Shown here piece by piece: positions 10,929 to 22,228 of a stretch of DNA of 64,000 bases (position 1 is its first letter; every line of letters starts with the position of its first letter). Made by a program: the position numbers and the translations under genes. The notes under the pieces are model-generated. The model ran no database searches. It had not been told where the DNA came from and worked only from the letters and a program-made list of their open reading frames with translations. Source of the DNA: Carpediemonas membranifera BICM. Lineage: Eukaryota; Protista; Fornicata. The stretch lies in the NCBI GenBank assembly GCA_019828565.1, contig JAHDYR010000005.1, forward strand, positions 1,091,342-1,155,341, written 5' to 3'.

Positions 10929-11565
10929 CTTCGGGCACTGGAGGGGGGGTTGGTGGATGGTGGGCTGAGGGTGGTCGTGAGGAGAGCGGTCGTGAGGAGG
11001 GTGACCGTGAGGAGGGTGATCGTGAGGAGAGTGAACGTGATGATGATGATGATGGTTTGAACTTATGAGCGGTTGTTGCCGGGGCGCTTCGGGCCCTGGC
11101 CGCCTCGCTTTCGAAAATCCTTGCCTGGCTTCTCCGTAAGGCGGGGGTTCTTCGAGAGCGTCCGGAGACCAGGGTCTCGATCTCCGACTCGGTCATCTCT
11201 GGCTTCTCGGCCAGGGCGGCGCGACCGGCGGTGCTGACCGACTGGCCGGCGAGGTAACCGTAGCGATCCTTCACCCAGAGCACCCGGTGACGGAGGTAGA
11301 GTCGGGCGAGGATGGCGAAACCGCTGAGGCGACGGAACTTGAATCCGCGGTACATCTCCTCAATAAACTCGGCCTCCTCCTTCATCGTGTTGGAAGCTGG
11401 CCGCTTCCAGTTGATGAGCGACTCGTCGGATAGCATCTTCACCATGGAGGAAAGGTTCGAAGTTGGTTGTGCGATCTTTGTGGTCTCTTCGAGTTGTTTC
11501 TTCAGTTGCTCGATTGCATCTTGCATCTCCTTGATCGTGGCGGCGTTCTCAGATTCCTCAGGCAT
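10756..11565 (-). CDS. YR element 2 ORF1 (Gag-like, coiled-coil N-terminus, SSRSP repeats)
   Basis: First ORF after repeat A1, overlaps RT ORF start. Confidence 0.7.
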   Translation of the reverse strand: MPEESENAATIKEMQDAIEQLKKQLEETTKIAQPTSNLSSMVKMLSDESLINWKRPASNTMKEEAEFIEEMYRGFKFRRLSGFAILARLYLRHRVLWVKDRYGYLAGQSVSTAGRAALAEKPEMTESEIETLVSGRSRRTPALRRSQARIFESEAARARSAPATTAHKFKPSSSSSRSLSSRSPSSRSPSSRPLSSRPPSAHHPPTPPPVPEDETLPVHQQPLDPLGALTRAIRGGLVATRGYPHLGECAAEAPQPSFTAAEGSKGKVR

Positions 11566-12418
11566 TCTGATGACTTATTTCGCTTCTCCTTCGTTCTCTG
11601 GGTTCCTGATTTGATCTGGTCCTGATTTGGCCTCAATCTGATGCGAATCAGAATGCCTCGACCGCTCAGCCGAAGATTGTCCACTACGCTGGCCTTGCCA
11701 CGACTTGCAGTCGACTACGGTCGAAGTCTCCAATTGATCTAATCAAATTTATACCCGAGATTGATGGGAAACATGCTCTGACCTCCAGGCTCTCCAGTGT
11801 CACGGGGGGCTGTGCGTCGCCCATCTTCTCGGAACTACCGGGGAATGGGGTTTTAACCCCTTGGTAAAATTGGTCTGAACTGGACCGTAGATTTGATTCG
11901 AATATTTGGTCAATATTCGATCTCTCTCGAATATTTGTACCAGATGGCCGGTAGTCCATCTGGGCCTGTACCACGCCCCGAGGCGTACTTACGCATCGCG
12001 TCTACGACGGTATGCCGACTTGCAGTCGACTACGGTCGAAGTCTCCAATTGATGTATCCCGCCATCATATAATAAAAATTTTCTCTTCAGAAATTATTTC
12101 TCTGGTCTCCTGTGCCTCCAAGCATGCCATTGATGCCCATCTCTCAGGCACATATTTTCACAGCCTGATAGTCATTCATTGTGCGCGGTTTTGGCCATTT
12201 CCATTCGCCGGCATTTTCTCACTCTCTCCGGCCAATTCTTCGATAGTCTTCGATATATCGATCTTATTAACCATTAGTGACAATCTGCTGCGGTTTCTCC
12301 TTTCTCCCGCCTTCTCTTCTGCTCTCTATCATATCTTTAACTCTTACATGGCCTATTGTACAGTCTAATGGGGCCTTATGCAATCATATTCTATGTATTA
12401 TCCGTCTTTCTCGTCCTT

Positions 12419-13620
12419 CTACACCCAAGCGCTCGTGGAGAGGCGCACGGCTTCACTGACGTAGGTCTGCATCGAGTCGAGCTGTTTCCAGCCCCCGATT
12501 GCTTGGATCACTGCTGGGGCTACACCTAGCTTCATCATGTGGACTGCGCCTCCTCTCCGGAATGAGTGGCCCGACGCGCGCAGCACCTCCTCTAGGTCCA
12601 TGGACATCTCCCATCTTCTCCAAGGGTGGTCTCTGTTCATCAGGGAGGACCTGTTGTCCTTGATCAGCGCGTCCCTGGCCTCGAATGAGCGCCACAGGGG
12701 TCCTTCATCTGGGAGGTTTTCCATATGTCTCGCAAGCCAGTCTGCCGGGTTGTCGTCTCCGGGGACGTTAGGGACCAGCTTTAGCATGGGTTCATCCGAT
12801 GTCTTGGAGCGTCGTATGGTGATGGTGATGTCCCTGCCGTGTCGTTCGACGTCTGATGTTGAGAGCCCCCGTATCTCCCCCGACCGAGATATTGTCGCGA
12901 ACCCGACCAGCCCGAAAGCTATTGCTTGAGTCAATGCTGGTGTGGCGCTCTTGCCTGCTTGCACCGCAGCCTGTGACAGGGTCTCCCTGGCTATTGGCCA
13001 TGCTTTCCCTGTTCGACGCTGGCTTGACGTTGGGCACCTTCCAGCCAATCTGCCACAAGCCTTGATCAGGGCCCGGTGGAGTGGTGGGCATTCTATGGGT
13101 TCGCCCAATGCGGTCATTCCATCTCTGATGTTTGCCTCCTTCGTTAGCAGTGAGTCTTTGGCGAGGAAGGGCACCTCCCCTATAATGAACCATAGCAGTG
13201 TGTCGTCATCATCCCCCGCGATTGCCACCTCCTCGAACTCTTGCACCCACTTCTGGTCATGGATTTTCTCGTGGGCTTGTCGTACGATCTCCCATGCAGC
13301 TTCCCGTGGGGTTGGTGCCGGGTCGTCATTTTGTCCGAGGTAGGCCTCGAAGTCCGAGTCATCTGGTTCTCTGGTCATGTTGCGGAAGAATGTGAACTTT
13401 GCGGTCTCTGTTGCAATTCGATCACGCGTCACCTTCTCGAGGCGGAGCAGGAGCGGGCTGGACGCGACCTTTCTCTCGACGTCCTCGTTCTTAGGACGGC
13501 TAGCCCGGGACCATATTATCTGCGTTCTGGTTCTGTCGGGTGTCACGCCTGCGGCTCTTAGTGCTCGGTGTCGCGCTTGCACTGCTGATGCTGATAGGAA
13601 GATTCCGAGGCTGACGTCAT
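12419..13620 (-). CDS. YR element 3 tyrosine recombinase
   Basis: ISRSGEI, RRSKT, GHSFRRGGA, IGGWKQLDSMQTY; start approximate. Confidence 0.9.
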
Positions 13621-15560
13621 CACCGGGACCCAGTACGCCCTGAAGGGAATGTGTGTCTTGCCCTCGAACAGTACCGCCAACTCCGTGTCTGCCCACCAGT
13701 GGGCTGGTAGCGATGCGTTGACTGTCTCCTGTGCGACTCGGATAAGGCGCAAGTCGATGTTCGTCTGCCTGACTGGGGCGATAACTAGGATTCCTGACTG
13801 TTGTTGACTGGGATGTCTCTCTTCTCGTTGGTCTACGATTGCCTCCAGTCGTTCGGCCACTCGGTCGAGCATGGCCACCGGGGGGACCGCCACTGACCGG
13901 CACTCTGTCCAGTTCGCTGTGAACGCGTCTCTGCAGTAGTCGTAGTCCTGGGGTAAGAACCTTTCGGCCGCGAACAGCGCTCGGTCCACTGCTCCCCACC
14001 TCTCTATCGCAGCTGCCAGCAGGGCCGCTGGCATGGCCCAATCGAGCTTCTTGTACCTCGACAGAGCATCGGCCGTTGTGTTGAATACACCTGCGATATG
14101 TTTGACTCTCAAGCGGCAACCGTTGGCATGCAGGAAGTCGTGTAGGTCGGCGATCTCCCGGCGAATGTGGGCTGGGGCCTTCGTCGAACTCTTCGCAACC
14201 CACGCGAGTGACGAGGTGTTGTCTCCCGCGATCAGGACATCTCTGTCTCGGATCACATGTGCCCAGTGTCGCAGCGCCGTGGTTATGGCCCTCGTCTCTT
14301 TGCAGTTGATCGACTTGTATGCATGACTGCTTGAACCGGCCCTGGATCTCCATCCTCTCGCTGTCTGTCCATATTGTCGCGCCGTAGGCTACGTCCGAGG
14401 CGTCTGTCTCGACCCTGATCTCCGGTCGCGGTGACCCCTGCATTGCGTACTGCGGGTCTGTCGCGATCACACGCGCCCACCATCTGAGGTCTGTGCGGGC
14501 GTCTCGGGGCATGGAGGCTCTCGTAAATCGCTGACTCGGCGCAGTCACCATTAACTGGAGTTCTCTCAGTCGAGGAAGCGTTCTTGCTCCTACTGCGAAT
14601 CTGGCGAAAAGGAGTTTGCCAATGAGTCGCTGGAGTTCTATCTTCGTTGTTCTTCGTTCTTTGAGCACCTGATCGATCATTCTTCTCAGCTCCACGCGCT
14701 TGTCGTTCGGAAGAGACATTGTGTTCTTGCGCGTATCGATAACTATTCCCAGGTACTCGATTCGTCGTGTCGGTGTAAGAACGCACTTGTTTCTCGAGAT
14801 TATCATTCCTAGCCGCTCCATTATCTTCAGGACTTCGGGCATCTTTCGTGCTAGCTCTTGCTGTGATGGGTCGGCGAACAACAGGTCGTCTAGGTAGACG
14901 AACACTGTGAGAGAGCTCTCGGCGGATGATCTTCGCCGCCTGCGCCGTGATCGATTGAAATGCTTCCGGGGCCGTGTTGAGGCCGAAAGGAAGCGCGTTC
15001 CAGCGGTACGTGTTCCCTTCGTGCTGGAAGCCTAGCCATTTCCGACCCGTCTGTTCGACCAGGACTTGGTAATATCCGCTCTTCAGGTCCACGCTGGCGA
15101 GCCACGCCCCCTTGGTCAGTGCATTCGCTATCTCGGTCAATCCCTTCAGTCGGAATCGCCTGGTTGTCTGGTACCAGTTCACCGGCCTCAGGTCGTGGAT
15201 GAGGCGCCAGTCTATGTGGTTCTTCTTCAGCGTCATGAAGATTGGGCAGACTTGCGCTACCTCTGTCGGTGCACACTGCTCCACTGCTTGCAGCTCCATT
15301 AGCTCGTTGATTGTGTCTGTGATCGGGCCCTGTGACCCGTTGGGCGACGAGTTCGTCGTCTGCCCGTCCTGTACTGGGACTCCCTGCCGGAGTAAGTCCA
15401 CGACACTCGTGCTGGCCCCCATGGCCTCCCACTCTTTCCACGCTCGACTCATTGAGCCAACCACGTGTGTCCGTTGACCTGGACCAGAGACGGGCTGAGC
15501 GTCGGACAATAGGTGCCATGTGTCCTGGCTTGTTTCGCTTCTTGCTTGCTCTTGTGACAT
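13558..15560 (-). CDS. YR element 3 RT / RNase H / adenine methyltransferase-like ORF (frameshifted near 14905 and 14320)
   Basis: VDLKSGYYQ, LPFGLNTAP, YLDDLL; ETDASD, GDNT, NTTADALSR; ALFAA..DAFTANW..AVPP. Confidence 0.88.
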
Positions 15561-15628
15561 TCTTCTCTGTATTCAAAACGTAGACGGTGCCTTTTATATC
15601 TGAGGATGGCATAACCTCACTTGGGCAA

Positions 15629-16148
15629 CTACTGCTGCCCCGGGGCCGCATTGCGGTTGCCCGAGGCTTTCTGGAATCTGTGGTTGTTGTATCCGTGGTT
15701 TCGGAAGGGACGCTTGGCGAACCGGTGTGATGTGTGAGCCCGCGTGGCAGGGATGGCCTTCTTGGCCTTGGCGGCGACCTTGACGAGGTCCTTGACGTTG
15801 GATATGTCCTCGGCGGTGACGATAAAGTAGGCGGCCGCTTCTTCGTTGGCAGAGTCGAGGACTCGGAGGAACTCGAGGCGCTTTTCAACGGCAAGATTAA
15901 TGGCTGTGGTTATGTCAGCAATCGTCTCCCTTGCTGGGGTCAGCCAGGATTGACTTGATTTCTCCGTGTAGGGCGCGCAGGTGTTGGAATTCTTTGAGCA
16001 CTGCTGGGATTTTGGTGGGTTTGCGTACATCCTCAGCATTCGTGCGGACATCGTCAAGATTCTCGCTCAGTGATGCTATTGTAGCAGCCTGTGACCGCAC
16101 CAGGGCCTCCAGGCTCTCCAGTGTCACGGGGGGCTGTGCGTCGCCCAT
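15629..16148 (-). CDS. YR element 3 ORF1 (Gag-like, frameshifted)
   Basis: MGDAQPP... ORF starting inside repeat A1 and continuing in ORF 15629-16057. Confidence 0.6.
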
Positions 16149-16342
16149 CTTCTCGGAACTACCGGGGAATGGGGTTTTAACCCCTTGGTAAAATTGGTCT
16201 GAACTGGACCGTAGATTTGATTCGAATATTTGGTCAATATTCGATCTCTCTCGAATATTTGTACCAGATGGCCGGTAGTCCATCTGGGCCTGTACCACGC
16301 CCCGAGGCGTACTTACGCATCGCGTCTACGACGGTATGCACC

Positions 16343-16415
16343 GCTCCTTTAGCTCAGTTGGTAGAGCGTGTGATTAGTAATCACAAGGTCCTCGGTTCGA
16401 ATCCGGGAGGGAGCA
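16343..16415 (+). tRNA. tRNA-Thr (anticodon AGT)
   Basis: Cloverleaf: acceptor GCTCCTT/AGGGAGC, D arm GCTC-AGTTGGTA-GAGC, anticodon arm TGTGA-TTAGTAA-TCACA, T arm CTCGG-TTCGAAT-CCGGG; no encoded CCA. Confidence 0.97.
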
Positions 16416-16418
16416 AAC

Positions 16419-16422
16419 TTTT
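16419..16422 (+). terminator. Putative Pol III terminator (T4) lying in the 3' end of a family-A retrotransposon
   Basis: TTTT 3 nt after the tRNA; the same AACTTTTATG begins every family-A copy. Confidence 0.6.
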
Positions 16423-16974
16423 ATGTAATCAACGACAAACTGTCTAGCGAGCTAGCTGTCCTAGCCTCTAGACATACTTGCTCTACCCAACGGGGGGGGC
16501 GATCGTTTATTAAAGAAGAGAGCTAGTGTAAACGATCAGGGGACTCCGGCCAGCTTACCTACTGGGCGGATATACCGGTCTTGACCAGTATCGTGCCGTC
16601 GGATCTGGATGTTCCGAATTTTCTACCATTCTGCCCGCATAAACTGCGCGGCTCGCCTGGTCGGCGCATCACCATGCCGGAGCGAGGCGATCTCATTGCC
16701 CTCCGCTCACGGCCCGTTACCCGAGGTAACCTGTCAGCGCGATGTAACGCCAGCTAGCTGTCCTAGCCTCTAGACATACTTGCTCTACCCAACGGGGATA
16801 TCCCACCGGCAACGAGCATAGTGGAATGGCTTGCAGGCACGCTTGCGAGCCCAAACCGACCGTCTCCTCGAGAGACCGCGTCAAAGAATGTCTGTTGTGG
16901 CTTACATCTGCCGTTGTAACGCGTGTCAGCCCCACCCTACCTAGCTCTCCCAGCCACTAGCTCCCGTCAGAGAT

Positions 16975-17880
16975 TTAAAGTGGTGGTTGGAGAAGGATGG
17001 AGGCCAGGTGTCCCTGGACCCCCGGGTGTGTGCGGACCCCGTTGCCCATATATCTCAGCATGCTTTTCGTGGAGGCCCACGTCCCCATGGACAGGAGGAC
17101 TTCGGTACTCGTGTGGGCTACCGCCAACTCCGTGGTGGCGCCCTTGCGGAATGAGTGCCACGAAATGTCGGTGCCGTACGCCTGGTGGATCCAGTGGCGG
17201 AGGGTTGACGCCGGTAGCGGCTTCGATAGTGAAATACCACCGGTTGAGGTGATCGCCCGCCAGATGAGGTCGTCGTCGCGGCGCGTTGCCGTGGGGACCC
17301 ATGCCTTCAGGGCCCTTGCTGGGTTAAAGCGGGCCCACGATTGGTTTGGTACCAGCTTGCGGACGCCTGTGGCAGTCTTAGTTCTCGCGAACAGAAGGAG
17401 GGCATTGCCATCAGCGTCGAACTCGACGTCTCTTCGTCTGAGCCCAAAGATCTCTGCGCCTCTACTCACGGTGATAAAGCAGAGAGCAGAAAAGAGGGCG
17501 GCCTGGAAGGCTTGGGGTGACTTCCGACGTCTGTCTATGACCCTGCGGACTCTCGCGGACGTGACAGGCTTCGCACCCCCGGTCAGGCCTTCTACAGAGG
17601 CGACGTTCCGGGCGGCGGCGATTATCTGCTTGGCAGCGATCGGGGGGCGCCAGTCAGACACGAGTGGGGCGGCCTCGCAAATCCAGTAGCCTTTCCTGTG
17701 TATCGACTGTGGGCCCGACGTGGTACCCTCGGTCAGAAGGAACTCTTTGAGCTGTTGCGCGTGTGAGTGGCTCGCGTTGCGGGATTGGAGGAATTTGGCG
17801 ACCCAGCCCGCTGCTGTGCGGCGCGACGATTCGTTTCTGAAATGTGATAGTCGGTCGTCAGCGAGGAGGGCTTGGAACGG
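16975..17880 (-). CDS. YR element 4 tyrosine recombinase
   Basis: VSRGAEI, ARTKT, WHSFRKGA, GTWASTKSMLRY; start approximate. Confidence 0.9.
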   Translation of the reverse strand, partial: PFQALLADDRLSHFRNESSRRTAAGWVAKFLQSRNASHSHAQQLKEFLLTEGTTSGPQSIHRKGYWICEAAPLVSDWRPPIAAKQIIAAARNVASVEGLTGGAKPVTSARVRRVIDRRRKSPQAFQAALFSALCFITVSRGAEIFGLRRRDVEFDADGNALLLFARTKTATGVRKLVPNQSWARFNPARALKAWVPTATRRDDDLIWRAITSTGGISLSKPLPASTLRHWIHQAYGTDISWHSFRKGATTELAVAHTSTEVLLSMGTWASTKSMLRYMGNGVRTHPGVQGHLASILLQPPL

Positions 17881-19750
17881 GTTTTCAGGATAAGCGCCAC
17901 GAAGCGGATCTTGCCCTTGTCTGTCGCTGTCCAGGCTAGCTCGGACTGCAGGAGGTGTTTCGCCTGGACTCTGAGGTACAACTTGAGGGGTGTCAAACGT
18001 TTGATGGCTCGGACCTCGGGCGAGTTGAGGTCCGGGCACAGGACTATCGCCGCTGATCTCCAGTGTCGAGGGTTCCCAGTCTGGGTCGAGGCGCGTATTG
18101 TCTGGAGGCGACGACACGTCACTCCAAGAAGGGCTATAGGAGGAGCTATATAAATCCTGACTCCCCTCCAGTCCATCTGGAAGCCGTTGTCGTGGATTGA
18201 CCAGGCTATTTCTGCAAAGCCTGGTAAGGCCAGAACCTTGTCGGGGCGTGCTGTGACGTCGATCTCGACCGGCCCCCCACTTGCGCATGATGGTTTCCAA
18301 GACTTCTCGGGGTGACGACCAGTCGAGCTTGGCGAACCTGGAGAGCCTGTCCGCCTGGACATTCAGGTGTCCGGCAATATGGAAGCAGTGGACGTCGAGG
18401 CGCTTGGTTTCTGCCGTGTTGTAGATGTCCTGTAGGATCTGGTGTGCGGCTGGGGGAGGTTCGGCGATCCCCGTCTGTTTACCCAGCTGATGGCAGCTGA
18501 GTTGTCGGCAAAGACTGTGAGAGAGGAGCGTGACTCCTGCTGGGGCACGAGATTGATCGCCTGAGCGATCGCGAAGAGCTCCTTGACGCCAATGTGTTCC
18601 CCCTTGAGATGAGGGGGGAAGGCACCCTGTGATGCCGCTCCCTTCTCCCCATTGAACAGGCATGCTCCCCAGCCGGACGTTGATGCGTCTGAGGTGACAG
18701 AAATCTGGAGCGTATCGCGTATTTCCCAGTCCGCTCTTGCTTCGGCGAACCTCTTGGGTGGGCGATCGCGGAGGAGGACTTGCCACGCCGCCAGCTGCCT
18801 GCGGATTTGGCTGGAGAGGTGGACGGTCTCCGTCGTAGGGGTGGCCTGCAGTGGTCTGAGTGCGAGGCGGGCGAACTGTGTGGTCCCTGCGAAGAATGAC
18901 AGACGGCCTAGGAGCTTCTGCCAGTCTGAAGCTGTGATGGACCCGACCCGGAGGGCCTTGGAGATCGTGGCCGTGTAGGCCTCGGCCTTGTCTTTTGAGA
19001 TTCTTAGGGACTCGCTTGCGGTGTCTATGTGGACACCTAGGTAGTCTACCTGCTGGGTCGGCGTGAGGACGCACTTGTTGAGGCCCGGTATCGCCCCCAG
19101 CGATAGCATGAGGTCGATGATCTGCGGGGTGACCGAAGCTAGGTACGATGGGGAGGCATGGGACACTAAGAAGTCGTCGAGATAGACCGCGATGGTCACC
19201 CCGAACCTGTGTGCGATGATCTTTGCAAGCTGTATGGTCGTGCTCTGGAACACGTACGGCGCCGCTGTCCATCCGAAGCCGAGTGTGTTGTACCTGAATG
19301 CGCGGCCGTCCGGTAGGACCACGCCTAGGAGGGGGAGTCTCGCGAGGCGACGCCAAGTTGGTGGTATCCCGATGCTAGGTCTATCTTGATCATGTAGTCG
19401 TTCTTGTGCAGATTGCGGACCGCCCGTCTGATGCCGAACAGACGAAACACCCTCAGCTCTGCTGTCAACTCGTTCAGGGCTCGGAGGTCGTGCACGGGGC
19501 GGACATCGTCTTTGCCCTTCGACACCGCGAACAGGGGTGCGCTGTGACGCAGTTCGTCTATCGGGCACGGGGAGAGGACGCCCTTGGCGACTAGCTCTTC
19601 GATCTTCGGGAGTAGGCGGGGGTCCACTCGCCTTTGCGGTTCTGGTGGAGGGGGCGCAGAGGTGAGGTGGATAGGGACGCCATCCCGCAGCCAGCTTACT
19701 ACCTCGGGGGAGGCACCGAGTCTTGCCCACACCGGCCACTTTTTGTTCAT
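17733..19750 (-). CDS. YR element 4 RT / RNase H / MT-like ORF (frameshifted)
   Basis: IDLASGYHQ, LGFGWTAAP, YLDDFL; TSDAS, KELFAI, FADNS, NVQADRLSR; FQMDW..YIAPP. Confidence 0.88.
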
Positions 19751-20308
19751 TGACGGGAACTGAACATCTGTGGCAAGGGCTACTTCTTGTGCTTCTTGTG
19801 AAACCCCCCCTTTGTTCTGGGGCTGGTCCTTTCTCTTACCCTTGGCTCTGGCTTTGGCTGCGCAGTAGGAGATGGCACGGGGGGTTTTGGTCTGGGACGT
19901 GTTGAACAAGTCGAGAAACAGTTCGCAGGTTGCGTCCGACCAGTTGTCGTCCTTGAGGTCCAGAAGGGTACGGCGTGCTTGGAGTTCCACCAGGAGTCTT
20001 GCTTTGAGCGGCTCGTCGTCGAGGGCGTTGACGATCACCATCACGCGGCGAAGCCACTTTGCTTCCGCCTTAAGTGGTCTCTTTGTCGGAAGCTCGCCGT
20101 ATGCATCCATCTCTGCCAGTGTTTGGTCAATATCCGCTTCATCTTGTTCAGGGAAGAAATCAATTTGAGATTCCTTCGGCGGCTCGGTCTCGGGCGGCGG
20201 AGGAGGCGGATTAAGCTTTGCAAGCTGTTGCGAGATGGTAGCGATTGAGGCTTCTAGGTTATTGAGCCTCGTTGCCGTCGGATCTGGATGTTCCGAATTT
20301 TCTACCAT
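19750..20308 (-). CDS. YR element 4 ORF1 (Gag-like; in frame with RT start in this assembly)
   Basis: MVENSEH... ORF starting inside repeat A. Confidence 0.65.
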
Positions 20309-20653
20309 TCTGCCCGCATAAACTGCGCGGCTCGCCTGGTCGGCGCATCACCATGCCGGAGCGAGGCGATCTCATTGCCCTCCGCTCACGGCCCGTTACC
20401 CGAGGTAACCTGTCAGCGCGATGTAACGCCAGCTAGCTGTCCTAGCCTCTAGACATACTTGCTCTACCCAACGGGGATATCCCACCGGCAACGAGCATAG
20501 TGGAATGGCTTGCAGGCACGCTTGCGAGCCCAAACCGACCGTCTCCTCGAGAGACCGCGTCAAAGAATGTCTGTTGTGGCTTACATCTGCCGTTGTAACG
20601 CGTGTCAGCCCCACCCTACCTAGCTCTCCCAGCCACTAGCTCCCGTCAGAGAT

Positions 20654-22228
20654 TTAAAGTGGTGGTTGGAGAAGGATGGAGGCCAGGTGTCCCTGGACCC
20701 CCGGGTGTGTGCGGACCCCGTTGCCCATATATCTCAGCATGCTTTTCGTGGAGGCCCACGTCCCCATGGACAGGAGGACTTCGGTACTCGTGTGGGCTAC
20801 CGCCAACTCCGTGGTGGCGCCCTTGCGGAATGAGTGCCACGAAATGTCGGTGCCGTACGCCTGGTGGATCCAGTGGCGGAGGGTTGACGCCGGTAGCGGC
20901 TTCGATAGTGAAATACCACCGGTTGAGGTGATCGCCCGCCAGATGAGGTCGTCGTCGCGGCGCGTTGCCGTGGGGACCCATGCCTTCAGGGCCCTTGCTG
21001 GGTTAAAGCGGGCCCACGATTGGTTTGGTACCAGCTTGCGGACGCCTGTGGCAGTCTTAGTTCTCGCGAACAGAAGGAGGGCATTGCCATCAGCGTCGAA
21101 CTCGACGTCTCTTCGTCTGAGCCCAAAGATCTCTGCGCCTCTACTCACGGTGATAAAGCAGAGAGCAGAAAAGAGGGCGGCCTGGAAGGCTTGGGGTGAC
21201 TTCCGACGTCTGTCTATGACCCTGCGGACTCTCGCGGACGTGACAGGCTTCGCACCCCCGGTCAGGCCTTCTACAGAGGCGACGTTCCGGGCGGCGGCGA
21301 TTATCTGCTTGGCAGCGATCGGGGGGCGCCAGTCAGACACGAGTGGGGCGGCCTCGCAAATCCAGTAGCCTTTCCTGTGTATCGACTGTGGGCCCGACGT
21401 GGTACCCTCGGTCAGAAGGAACTCTTTGAGCTGTTGCGCGTGTGAGTGGCTCGCGTTGCGGGATTGGAGGAATTTGGCGACCCAGCCCGCTGCTGTGCGG
21501 CGCGACGATTCGTTTCTGAAATGTGATAGTCGGTCGTCAGCGAGGAGGGCTTGGAACGGGTTTTCAGGATAAGCGCCACGAAGCGGATCTTGCCCTTGTC
21601 TGTCGCTGTCCAGGCTAGCTCGGACTGCAGGAGGTGTTTCGCCTGGACTCTGAGGTACAACTTGAGGGGTGTCAAACGTTTGATGGCTCGGACCTCGGGC
21701 GAGTTGAGGTCCGGGCACAGGACTATCGCCGCTGATCTCCAGTGTCGAGGGTTCCCAGTCTGGGTCGAGGCGCGTATTGTCTGGAGGCGACGACACGTCA
21801 CTCCAAGAAGGGCTATAGGAGGAGCTATATAAATCCTGACTCCCCTCCAGTCCATCTGGAAGCCGTTGTCGTGGATTGACCAGGCTATTTCTGCAAAAGC
21901 CTGGTAAGGCCAGAACCTTGTCGGGGCGTGCTGTGACGTCGATCTCGACCGGCCCCCACTTGCGCATGATGGTTTCCAAGACTTCTCGGGGTGACGACCA
22001 GTCGAGCTTGGCGAACCTGGAGAGCCTGTCCGCCTGGACATTCAGGTGTCCGGCAATATGGAAGCAGTGGACGTCGAGGCGCTTGGTTTCTGCCGTGTTG
22101 TAGATGTCCTGTAGGATCTGGTGTGCGGCTGGGGGGAGGTTCGGCGATCCCCGTCTGTTTACCCAGCTGATGGCAGCTGAGTTGTCGGCAAAGACTGTGA
22201 GAGAGGAGCGTGACTCCTGCTGGGGCAC
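20654..22228 (-). pseudogene. Duplicated YR and partial RNase H/MT coding region of YR element 4
   Basis: Near-identical to 16975-18550. Confidence 0.85.

Larger units (their letters stand above)
7466..11700 (-). mobile_element. YR (PAT-like) retrotransposon 2 with split direct repeats
   Basis: A repeat 129 bp at 11572-11700 and 7637-7765; B repeat 46 bp at 7766-7811 and 7466-7511 (A1-ORFs-B1-A2-spacer-B2); ORF1, RT/RH, MT-like, YR. Confidence 0.92.
11701..16339 (-). mobile_element. YR (PAT-like) retrotransposon 3 with split direct repeats
   Basis: A repeat 234 bp at 16106-16339 and 11782-12015; B repeat 38 bp at 12016-12053 and 11701-11738; ORF1, RT/RH, MT-like, YR. Confidence 0.93.
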
